A DNA stretch of 64,000 nucleotides, taken from assembly GCA_016280595.1 (NCBI GenBank), contig JAEEHB010000034.1, positions 1,073 through 65,072 on the forward strand, read 5' to 3'. Under the pieces are notes generated by a model. The model was not told where the DNA came from, searched no databases, and worked only from the letters and a program-made list of their open reading frames with translations. A program made the position numbers and the translations under genes. This DNA comes from Clostridiaceae bacterium (lineage in GTDB: Bacteria > Bacillota > Clostridia > Oscillospirales > Acutalibacteraceae). Below, piece after piece: positions 9,255 to 17,442 of this stretch (its first letter is position 1; every line of letters begins with the position of its first letter).

Positions 9255-9508
9255 CCTTTTCAGTGGCTCTCAGGGAGGGAACAGAAAAGGATGAAAACGG
9301 CGATTATTTCGGCCGACGACAGTATCAGGATACGGCAAGGCCGAAAGAACGCCGAGAAAAGACAATATAAACATTTATTCCTTATATCAAATCAGATGGC
9401 ATAAAGAAAAGAAGTTCGAGTTAAAAACCCGAACTTCTTTATTATTTGTCTTTTCGTTTTTCGTCGTATATTCGCCGACCGGGTTTTTCGCCTTTTATTT
9501 CCCGACCG
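9255..9508 (-). repeat. Structured dispersed repeat, copy B (inverted relative to A; head motif present twice in tandem)
   Basis: The minus strand reads CGGTCGGGAAATAAAAGGCGAAAAAC then CGGTCGGCGAATATACGACGAAAAACGAAA, then terminator 9408-9440 and second hairpin 9299-9353. Confidence 0.8.
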
Positions 9509-9905
9509 TTTTAGTTTCGGCTTCTTTCAGCGAGAAATTCCTGCCCTCGTGCTGAATCAGGCGGACGATTTTGCCGGTACCGTCTTTCTCAAGCCCGAAC
9601 ACATAGTTATATGTTGCGCCGTTGGGGGTGAGCCTTATGGTGCTGTCGTCGATTTCATATGTGCCTTCAATCACATTTCCTTTGTAGTTTTCGCTGTATG
9701 TGCCTTCGCCGAAGAAGTAGGTGTTGGTATTGTCGCTTTCTTCTTCAAAAACAAGGCCTGCGAGTGAATCTCCGCTGTTGCTGCCGCTTTCGGTTTCGGA
9801 TTGGGACGCGTCTTCCTTCGTGTCGGTTTTGCCGCAGGACGCGAGAGCGAAAACGAGTGAAAGAGTCAGAAGCAGGGCGGCTATTGTGATGATAATCTTT
9901 TTCAT
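9495..9905 (-). CDS. Lipoprotein of unknown function
   Basis: Signal peptide with lipobox LASC; Ser/Glu-rich linker; small beta-rich domain. Confidence 0.75.
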   Translation of the reverse strand: MKKIIITIAALLLTLSLVFALASCGKTDTKEDASQSETESGSNSGDSLAGLVFEEESDNTNTYFFGEGTYSENYKGNVIEGTYEIDDSTIRLTPNGATYNYVFGLEKDGTGKIVRLIQHEGRNFSLKEAETKTVGK

Positions 9906-9940
9906 AATTCTTCTCCTTTATCATCATGATTTACAGTCAT

Positions 9941-10014
9941 ATTATACACTTATGCTTATAAAAGTCAAACATAATAATCTTTGTGTTGACTGAATAATGC
10001 GGGATGAGTATAAT
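9941..10014. promoter_or_regulatory. Divergent sigma-A promoters
   Basis: Plus: TTGACT(9986)-17-TATAAT(10009); minus: TTGACT-16-TATAAT (9968-9941). Confidence 0.65.
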
Positions 10015-10093
10015 AAAGTAAATAATTAAAAAAAGTATAGTGAACCAACAGAGATAAAAATGAAAAATCAACAGCCCGATTGGGGGAAATCAA

Positions 10094-11110
10094 ATGGCTG
10101 TTTTATCTTTTCTGTGCGCGGCTTTCATATTCTGCGCATCTGTGATGAACGCCCTTCTGCCCTTGCCGGAGCGTGAAACTCTCGGGGCTGACGATTTACC
10201 GGGCACCGCCGTTACAATGCCGCTGGGCGGAGGATGTGACCCCTGGTTTTATGAGCAAGAAGGCAGATACTATTATTGCTATTCTCAGGGTGACGGAGTG
10301 GGAGTAAAGAGCGCAGATACTCTTTCCGGTCTTTTCGACGCAAACGGCAGAAAGGTTTATTCCGCCCCTCAGGGCACGGAATATTCGCAGGATTACTGGG
10401 CTCCGGAGCTTCACTTCATTGACGGCAGATGGTATATCTATGTATGCGCGGATGACGGCGAAAACGCCAATCACCGTATTTTCGTGCTCTCCTGCGACAC
10501 GCCCGAAGGCGACTATGTGATGGAGGGCAAAATCTGCGACAGCACCGACCGCTGGGCGATTGACGCCACAGTGCTTGAATATGAAAATGAGCTCTGGCTC
10601 ATCTGGTCGGGCTGGGAGGGTGAAACCGACAAAGGGCAGAATCTATATATAGCCCATATGAGCGACCCGCTTCACATAGACGGCAAAAGAGTTCTGATAT
10701 CCGTGCCGTTTCTCCCGTGGGAAAGGAAAGGCGCGCCTATTAACGAAGCGCCTGCCGTGCTGAAACACGACGGCAGTGTTTATCTTTTTTATTCGGCGAG
10801 CGGCAGTTGGACGGATGATTACTGCATAGGTATGCTCACCCTCACAGGCAGACCCGATTGCCCTTTCGGCTGGGTCAAAAGCCCTCTTCCGCTTCTTTCA
10901 AAGGCCGAAACCGCTTACGGACCCGGTCATTGCAGTTTCGTTTCCTGCGGTGAAGAGGATTATATAGTTTATCACGCAAACCTCGAATCCGGCACAGGCT
11001 GGGATGCGCGCAGCATACGCTTTCAGCCCGTTTATTACAGATTCGGGCTGCCCGTAACAGGCGGGCCCGTGCAAGAGGGCACGGAAATCACAGTATTTGA
11101 ACAGGAATAA
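10094..11110 (+). CDS. Glycoside hydrolase family 43 (arabinofuranosidase/xylosidase-like)
   Basis: DPW, YWAPELH, WAIDAT, INEAP and GPGH motifs; hydrophobic N-terminus. Confidence 0.9.
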   Translation: MAVLSFLCAAFIFCASVMNALLPLPERETLGADDLPGTAVTMPLGGGCDPWFYEQEGRYYYCYSQGDGVGVKSADTLSGLFDANGRKVYSAPQGTEYSQDYWAPELHFIDGRWYIYVCADDGENANHRIFVLSCDTPEGDYVMEGKICDSTDRWAIDATVLEYENELWLIWSGWEGETDKGQNLYIAHMSDPLHIDGKRVLISVPFLPWERKGAPINEAPAVLKHDGSVYLFYSASGSWTDDYCIGMLTLTGRPDCPFGWVKSPLPLLSKAETAYGPGHCSFVSCGEEDYIVYHANLESGTGWDARSIRFQPVYYRFGLPVTGGPVQEGTEITVFEQE

Positions 11111-11112
11111 CC

Positions 11113-12417
11113 ATGTCACAGAAATCAAATCTCAAAACAAACCCCGATGCCTGCCCGCTTGCCTCAAAGTGCGGCGGCTGTCAGCTGCAGAATATGACCT
11201 ACCCCCGTCAGCTTAAATGGAAGCAGGCGAGGGCTGAAATTCTGCTCTCTTCTTTCGGAAAAGTGGGCAGAATAATCGGTATGGATAACCCTTATCACTA
11301 CCGCAACAAGGTCCAGGCAGCTTTCGGCAGAACAAAGTCCGGCAAAATAATCTCGGGCGTTTATCAGAGCGGAAGCCATCGCATAGTCAATGTTGACTCC
11401 TGTATGACTGAGGACGAAACGGCGGACAGAATAATCGTGAGCATCAGAAATATGCTCCCCGATTTCGGCATATGGGTTTATGATGAAGACAGACGCACGG
11501 GCTGGCTAAGGCATGTGCTTGTGAAAAGAGGCTTTTCAAGCGGCGAAGTGATGGTTGTGCTCGTGGCGGCAAACGGCAGATTTCCGCTTAAAAAGAAATT
11601 CACTTCGAAACTGCTTGAACTTCATCCCGAAATCACCACAGTCATACTCAACATAAATGCAAAAGACACCAATCTTGTGCTCGGTGACAGAGAGGAAGTC
11701 CTTTACGGCAAAGGATATATAGTCGATACTCTCTGCTCGCTTGAATTTGCGATATCCGCAAAGTCTTTTTATCAGATTAATCCCGTGCAGACCGAAAAAC
11801 TCTACGCGAAGGCGATTGAATACGCCTGCCTCAATGAAAACTCGGTTGTGATTGACGCGTACTGCGGCATAGGCACAATAGGGCTCGCCGCTTCGAAATA
11901 CGCGGGCACGGTAATCGGCGCGGAACTTAACCCCGACGCTGTGAAAGACGCGATTTCAAACGCTAAGCGAAACGGCGTGAAAAACGCGAGGTTTTACTGC
12001 GCGGACGCAGGCGATTTTATGGAAGAGATGGCTGCAGCAGGTGAGAGAGCGGATGTTGTGTTTATGGATCCGCCCCGCTCGGGCAGCAGCAAAAAATTCC
12101 TTTCATCGCTGATTAAAATGAAGCCTGACAGGGTTGTCTATATTTCCTGCAATCCCGAAACGCAGGCTCGCGACCTGCGCACCCTCACCCGCGGCGGATA
12201 CAAAGTCGAAAAAATCACACCCGTGGATATGTTTCCGTTTACAAATCATATAGAGACTGTTGTTTTATTGGTTAGGTATATGTCAACAGAGAACTATGTT
12301 ACCTTCGAGGTCAAGCCCGATGAGCTCGACCTAGAGAACCTGAATGCAGTTGAAACTTTTTTAGAAAATTCAGTCGAATGTCATTCATTAGATTTGTATT
12401 ACAACAAAGGAGGATAA
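11113..12417 (+). CDS. rlmD: 23S rRNA (uracil-C5)-methyltransferase RlmD/RumA with a foreign-looking C-terminal extension
   Basis: C..CGGC Fe-S motif, SFYQIN, DAYCGIG, DPPRSG, YISCNP, DMFPFTNHIETV. Confidence 0.92.
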   Translation: MSQKSNLKTNPDACPLASKCGGCQLQNMTYPRQLKWKQARAEILLSSFGKVGRIIGMDNPYHYRNKVQAAFGRTKSGKIISGVYQSGSHRIVNVDSCMTEDETADRIIVSIRNMLPDFGIWVYDEDRRTGWLRHVLVKRGFSSGEVMVVLVAANGRFPLKKKFTSKLLELHPEITTVILNINAKDTNLVLGDREEVLYGKGYIVDTLCSLEFAISAKSFYQINPVQTEKLYAKAIEYACLNENSVVIDAYCGIGTIGLAASKYAGTVIGAELNPDAVKDAISNAKRNGVKNARFYCADAGDFMEEMAAAGERADVVFMDPPRSGSSKKFLSSLIKMKPDRVVYISCNPETQARDLRTLTRGGYKVEKITPVDMFPFTNHIETVVLLVRYMSTENYVTFEVKPDELDLENLNAVETFLENSVECHSLDLYYNKGG

Positions 12418-12418
12418 T

Positions 12419-13357
12419 ATGAAACCTGTAAAAAGAATAATCACATTATTGTTTGCAATAATGTTGCTTGTTTCTGTGAATGGATGTTTCGCCAATAACA
12501 GTTCTTCTAATACTCCAGTCTCAACAACTTTTGTTAGAGAGGAAACATTAGAAAAAACAACTAAAACTGAAGAAACTTCAACTGAGACTTCAACAACTGC
12601 CGAAACTACAACAACAGCAAGTGTCTATATTGTAAATACAAATCAAGATAATTTGATGTTGAGAGAATCGCCTTCTCTTGATGGGAAAGTCCTTGCCGGT
12701 ATACCCAAGGGTACGAAATTGATAGTTGATAAAGAGTCTAACGGGTGGTCTCAGGTTTCGTATAATGGCAAAATCGGTTGGGTGAAGTCTGACTATCTTC
12801 TTGAAGAATCTCAATACAGAGAGACACCAATTGACAAAACTGCTGAAATTCAATCAAGAATTAGAGTTTTTTATGTCAGGACTAACACCACAACTGCGGA
12901 TTATGTGGAACCTGTTGTGTTTTGGAGAAACGAAAGTAATAAAACTATAAAATATATTCATTTCGAGTTTACACCGTATAATGCAGTTGATGATGTTGTA
13001 CAATGCAATATAAGGCATTATTCAACTCATACTTGTTCTATAACAGGACCTATTCCGAAAACAGAACAAGGAAGTTATTATCATGTTAGCGATTTGGATT
13101 CTGAATATGGAGAGTGTTGGTTACTTGTTGGAAATGATGATGACGGCAGAGTGTTCGCATATTCACCAGGACCATATTGGGATAATTTCTATCTTTCGGA
13201 CGACGATATTAACAAAACCGCATTAGTATATGAGTGGGAAAATGTGTGGTATAATACTGATATTAGAAGAATCACTTTAGATAGTATAATCATCGAGTAT
13301 ATGGATGGAGAGAGATTTTACATTGACAATTCTAATATTAATAAAGTGTTTTGGTGA
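12419..13357 (+). CDS. SH3b-domain lipoprotein, AT-rich
   Basis: Lipobox-like VNGC, Thr-rich linker, SH3b pattern LMLRESPS...GWSQVSYNGKIGWVKSDYL; visibly lower GC than its neighbours. Confidence 0.75.
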   Translation: MKPVKRIITLLFAIMLLVSVNGCFANNSSSNTPVSTTFVREETLEKTTKTEETSTETSTTAETTTTASVYIVNTNQDNLMLRESPSLDGKVLAGIPKGTKLIVDKESNGWSQVSYNGKIGWVKSDYLLEESQYRETPIDKTAEIQSRIRVFYVRTNTTTADYVEPVVFWRNESNKTIKYIHFEFTPYNAVDDVVQCNIRHYSTHTCSITGPIPKTEQGSYYHVSDLDSEYGECWLLVGNDDDGRVFAYSPGPYWDNFYLSDDDINKTALVYEWENVWYNTDIRRITLDSIIIEYMDGERFYIDNSNINKVFW

Positions 13358-13615
13358 GAAATAAGACTTTTTAGATAGTAGTTCATCAGCGACGGAAGAT
13401 AACTAGTTTTTTTGTTGATTTGCTCTTATTGGGTTTTTGCGAGTACTTGACAACCTATATACTGTTGAAGTATTTTCAGCCCCTGTGAGAATCCGATTCG
13501 TTTTTAGATAGATTATAAAGGATAATCTTTGGCAAAACTGAAAAATTTTTTAATTGTTGTTAAAGACATAAAAACCTAACAGTTTTTTTTATTTAAGCGA
13601 GGACACTGGTGTAAC

Positions 13616-14140
13616 ATGGCCAATATAATCACCATAATCCGAATAATCTGCAGCACAGCCTTGCTGTTCTGCCCTGTGTTTTCGCCGGCGTTTTATGTCT
13701 TGTACATCATTGCCGGAGTCAGCGATATGGCAGACGGGGCGGTCGCGCGGAAAACGGGTACGGTCAGCGAGTTCGGCTCGAAACTTGATACGGCGGCCGA
13801 CTTTGTTTTGGTTGCCGTGTGTCTGATAAAACTGATTCCGGTCATTCACGCGCCGCTTTGGCTTATCATCTGGATTATTGTGATTGCCGTAATCAAGACG
13901 GTCAACCTGATTTCCGGATATATAATGCGAAAAGAAATCGTTGTCTTGCACACCGTAATGAACAAGGTGACGGGTATACTGCTGTTTGCGCTTGTGCCGA
14001 CTTTAAAGTTTATTGATATTGAATACAGCGGGGCTGCCGTCTGCGCCGCGGCAACATTCGCGGCGATACAGGAGGGCCACCTTATCAGAACAGGAGCGGG
14101 CAACTCCAAACCCGAGCAAATGGACGGCAAACCTGTCTGA
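13616..14140 (+). CDS. CDP-alcohol phosphatidyltransferase family protein
   Basis: ANIITIIR and SDMADGAVAR...FGSKLDTAAD signature. Confidence 0.9.
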   Translation: MANIITIIRIICSTALLFCPVFSPAFYVLYIIAGVSDMADGAVARKTGTVSEFGSKLDTAADFVLVAVCLIKLIPVIHAPLWLIIWIIVIAVIKTVNLISGYIMRKEIVVLHTVMNKVTGILLFALVPTLKFIDIEYSGAAVCAAATFAAIQEGHLIRTGAGNSKPEQMDGKPV

Positions 14141-14169
14141 TTTACAAATATTTTCCCGGAGGATTAACC

Positions 14170-14583
14170 ATGAGCAACAAACTTAAAAAGATTCTTGTAT
14201 CCGTTGTGATGATTGCGGGCGGAGCGGTATTCCTCGCGCTCGGATTTATGAGCGTGAAGCAGATAAACCACTATCCGCAGACTGCCGCGGTCGTTTCGCA
14301 TATTCAGAAAGATTATGTGCCCGACAGCGACGGATATGACCGCGAAGAAATAAAAATATTCGTGACCTATGAGGTTGACGGAAAAGAATACACCGAAGAA
14401 CTGCAAAACACAAAGACAAATCTCAGGCAGGGTGATAACATCACGGTTTATTACAACCCCGACAACCCGGCAGAGGTGTCCGGTGCCACAAAGACCATGG
14501 CGGCAATTCAGCTCGGAATCGGCGCTGCTCTTGCGCTCGCAGGCCTCGGCACTCTTGTTTTGGCCATTATCAGAGGTTACTGA
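14170..14583 (+). CDS. DUF3592-like membrane protein
   Basis: TM helix, YEVDGKEY, GDNITVYYNPDNP, TM helix. Confidence 0.75.
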   Translation: MSNKLKKILVSVVMIAGGAVFLALGFMSVKQINHYPQTAAVVSHIQKDYVPDSDGYDREEIKIFVTYEVDGKEYTEELQNTKTNLRQGDNITVYYNPDNPAEVSGATKTMAAIQLGIGAALALAGLGTLVLAIIRGY

Positions 14584-14588
14584 TTAAC

Positions 14589-14729
14589 TATGAGAACCAA
14601 ATAATCAAAAAGCCCATAATGGTTGAATGGGAAGATGATGATACCGTCATCATAAATGATGTCAGGATAGAAAATGTTGAAACAGACAAAGAGAAAATAT
14701 ATCACCGCAAACCTGTTCCGGCAGAGTAA
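14589..14729 (+). pseudogene. 3' gene remnant (DUF5412-like C-terminus)
   Basis: Open frame YENQIIKKPIMVEWEDDDTVIINDVRIENV...PAE* with no good start or RBS; VEWEDDDTVIIN resembles DUF5412 C-termini as I recall them. Confidence 0.4.
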
Positions 14730-14747
14730 AATGAGGAGGGAAGGAAA

Positions 14748-15500
14748 ATGAAACTTGAAATCGCGGATTTGTTACTATATGGTGAATGGGACGAATCAAC
14801 TTGCGATTATCCCGGGGATACAGTCTGGCTTGAAAAAAGCAGCGAGCAGTTTTTCTTAACAGATGATTTAACACATTTCGGATATGATAACTATGAAGAT
14901 ATAGAAGATTCGGGTTATTTTGTTCCTTTGTTTCGAACAAGTATAACAGAACTAATGAGAAAATATATACTGTTATGCAATGACAGAGAAGCAGAAGAAG
15001 AGATTAACAGAATAGTCCGTGAAGAAGACGAAGAATATCCGGTGGCATTCAGAATATACTCGGAAGTTCACCCTGATTTCGAGTCGTCGTGGATTGAATT
15101 TGAAAGTAGCAAACTTGAAAAAGATGCGAGAGAATGGGCGAAAAAGCAAGGAATTGAGTTTTACGGTGATTATGATTCGGAGAGAAAACTGAATCTAAGC
15201 GAAAACAAGCAGTATTTTTACAACTTAGATGAGGATGGTTCATGTTCCGGGTTTTGGCTGTCAAAAAAGGATTATTCTATAATTGACATGTCTGACAGAA
15301 AAGAAATAATTGATTTGGAAAAACTTACGCAGGAAGAGTTTGACAAAGAATATATTCCCATTCCCTGTGTTTCTGAAGACGAAGCAAAAAGCGTCGGAAT
15401 GAAATGGGAAGAAATGATAATAAAAACAGCAAAAAAATGGTGCAATGAAAACAGCATTCTATGGTTTATTCCCTCTGGAAAACCCGACCATATCAAGTAA
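14748..15500 (+). CDS. Acidic hypothetical protein with two UPF0158-like repeats, AT-rich
   Basis: Strong RBS; the two halves end in AREWAKKQGIEF and AKKWCNENSILW. Confidence 0.6.
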   Translation: MKLEIADLLLYGEWDESTCDYPGDTVWLEKSSEQFFLTDDLTHFGYDNYEDIEDSGYFVPLFRTSITELMRKYILLCNDREAEEEINRIVREEDEEYPVAFRIYSEVHPDFESSWIEFESSKLEKDAREWAKKQGIEFYGDYDSERKLNLSENKQYFYNLDEDGSCSGFWLSKKDYSIIDMSDRKEIIDLEKLTQEEFDKEYIPIPCVSEDEAKSVGMKWEEMIIKTAKKWCNENSILWFIPSGKPDHIK

Positions 15501-15533
15501 TTGTAAAAAAATATTTACCGAAAAGGAAATCCC

Positions 15534-16160
15534 ATGAACTCAAATGATATTATTATCCGCGCGGAAAAAGCGGAGGACTACGCAAAAGTTGAAAACCTTA
15601 TAAGAGAATCATTCTGGAATGTTTACCGCCCGGGATGCAGTGAACACTATGTGATTCACGTGCTCAGGGACGACCCCGCCTTCGTGAAAGAACTCGATTT
15701 TGTTATGGAGCGGGGCGGCGAAATCATAGGGCAGAATATATTTATGCGCACGGTGATAAACTCCGATAGCGGCAGTGATGTGCCCGTGCTTACCATGGGT
15801 CCCATCTGCATCACTCCCGATCTCAAACGGAAGGGCTACGGCAAGAAACTGCTGGATTATTCGCTTGAAAAGGCCACTGCGCTCGGCTTCGGCGCCGTGC
15901 TCTTTGAGGGTAAAATTGATTTTTACGGCAAGAGCGGTTTTGATTACGCCTCAAAATTCGGCATCAGGTATCACGACCTGCCGGAGGACGCCGATTCATC
16001 ATTTTTCCTGTGCAAAGAACTGATACCCGGATACCTTGACGGCGTGACGGGCGTTTATCAGACACCTGCGGGCTACTATGTTGACGACGCGGATGTTGAA
16101 GAGTTTGACAAAGCCTTTCCGTATAAAGAAAAACTGAAACTTCCCGGTCAGATTTTCTGA
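15534..16160 (+). CDS. GNAT family N-acetyltransferase
   Basis: RESFWNVYRPGCSEH and LTMGPI...KRKGYGKKL acetyl-CoA motif. Confidence 0.9.
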   Translation: MNSNDIIIRAEKAEDYAKVENLIRESFWNVYRPGCSEHYVIHVLRDDPAFVKELDFVMERGGEIIGQNIFMRTVINSDSGSDVPVLTMGPICITPDLKRKGYGKKLLDYSLEKATALGFGAVLFEGKIDFYGKSGFDYASKFGIRYHDLPEDADSSFFLCKELIPGYLDGVTGVYQTPAGYYVDDADVEEFDKAFPYKEKLKLPGQIF

Positions 16161-16178
16161 AAAAAACGAGGTGAAACA

Positions 16179-16493
16179 ATGGCTTCGGACAAAGAATATC
16201 TTGATTTTATTCTTGATCAGCTGTCGCTTTCGGACGGCATAACTTTCAGGCCGATGATGGGCGAATATATAATCTACTGCAGGGGCAAGGTGATTGGCGG
16301 TATTTACGACAACAGATTTCTCGTAAAGCCCGTTAAATCCGCGCGTGAAATGATGCCCGACGCAGACCTTGAGCTGCCTTATGAGGGCGGCAAGGAAATG
16401 CTGCTTGTTGATAATGTGGAAGACAGGGAGTTCCTTGCGCTTCTCACCGGAAAACTATATGATGAATTGCCTGTTCCGAAAAGCAGAAAATGA
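16179..16493 (+). CDS. TfoX/Sxy N-terminal domain protein
   Basis: RPMMGEY, GGIYDNRFLVKP, PYEGGKEM. Confidence 0.85.
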   Translation: MASDKEYLDFILDQLSLSDGITFRPMMGEYIIYCRGKVIGGIYDNRFLVKPVKSAREMMPDADLELPYEGGKEMLLVDNVEDREFLALLTGKLYDELPVPKSRK

Positions 16494-16504
16494 GGAAGAA
16501 CAAT

Positions 16505-16612
16505 ATGAAAACCAAAATGAAAAAACTGCTGTCAGTTACGCTTGCGCTCTGCGTTATCGCGGGCATGGAGGAAGCGCTGATTGACGCGCTCATCGCAAAA
16601 ATTGCCGCATAA
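16505..16612 (+). pseudogene. 35-aa ORF; probable internally deleted secreted-protein gene
   Basis: RBS GAGG; MKTKMKKLLSVTLALCVIAG (signal-peptide start) joined to MEEALIDALIAKIAA*; terminator follows. Confidence 0.45.
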
Positions 16613-16632
16613 GATAATTACAATAATCAGAT

Positions 16633-16660
16633 CCCCGGCACTTGATTGTGCCGGGGTTTT
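16633..16660 (+). terminator. Intrinsic terminator
   Basis: CCCCGGCAC...GTGCCGGGG-TTTT. Confidence 0.8.
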
Positions 16661-16737
16661 CCGCGCCCGGAAGGCTTCTTCTTGATTTATGCTGTTTAAT
16701 ATGATAAAATAATATAATTAAAACCGGAGGTGATTTA

Positions 16738-17442
16738 ATGCTCAGAATAGAACATCTTACAAAGACCTACGCGGACAAAAAGGCCGTTGACGACCTTTCG
16801 CTGCACATAAACCCGGGCGAAATCTACGGCTTCATCGGTCACAACGGAGCAGGAAAAACCACCACTCTCAAAAGCTGTGTCGGCATTCTCGAATTTGATG
16901 AGGGCGAAATATATATTGACGGCGTTTCAATCAAAGACGACCCCATCGCCTGTAAGAGCAAAATCGCTTATATTCCCGATAATCCCGATTTGTATGACTA
17001 TATGAGCGGGGCGAAATACCTCAGTTTCATAGCGGATATTTTCAAAGTCCCGCTTGACGAGAGAAAAGAGAAGATAAACAAATACGCCGAGCTTTTTGAA
17101 ATCAAAAAGGATCTCGGCAGTTCGATTCAGTCCTATTCACACGGCATGAAGCAGAAACTTGCCGTCATCTCCGCACTCATCCATTCACCCAGGCTTGTTA
17201 TTCTCGATGAGCCTTTTGTGGGGCTTGACCCGAAATCAGCGTTTACCTTAAAGCAGATAATGCGTGAAATCTGCGACGAAGGCGGAGCAATCTTCTTCTC
17301 AACACACGTGCTCGAAGTCGCCGAAAAACTCTGCGACAAGGTTGCCATAATCAAAGAGGGCAGGCTCATAAAATCCGGCAGTATGGAAGAGGTCAAGGGC
17401 GATTCATCGCTTGAATCCGTATTCCTTGAACTGGAGGGATGA
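16738..17442 (+). CDS. ABC transporter ATP-binding protein
   Basis: GHNGAGKTT, YSHGMKQK, LDEP, STH; upstream TTGATT-17-TAAAAT. Confidence 0.95.
   Translation: MLRIEHLTKTYADKKAVDDLSLHINPGEIYGFIGHNGAGKTTTLKSCVGILEFDEGEIYIDGVSIKDDPIACKSKIAYIPDNPDLYDYMSGAKYLSFIADIFKVPLDERKEKINKYAELFEIKKDLGSSIQSYSHGMKQKLAVISALIHSPRLVILDEPFVGLDPKSAFTLKQIMREICDEGGAIFFSTHVLEVAEKLCDKVAIIKEGRLIKSGSMEEVKGDSSLESVFLELEG

Noticed and set aside
9174-9404. Small ORF in repeat copy B behind an AGGGAGG Shine-Dalgarno-like motif (possible type I toxin)
   Set aside because: The ATG is absent in copies C and D, the frame stops after 6 codons in copy A, and the peptide is not hydrophobic.
8867-9508. Possible CRISPR array or intact IS element
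   Set aside because: No regularly spaced identical repeats with unique spacers, no cas genes and no transposase ORF.
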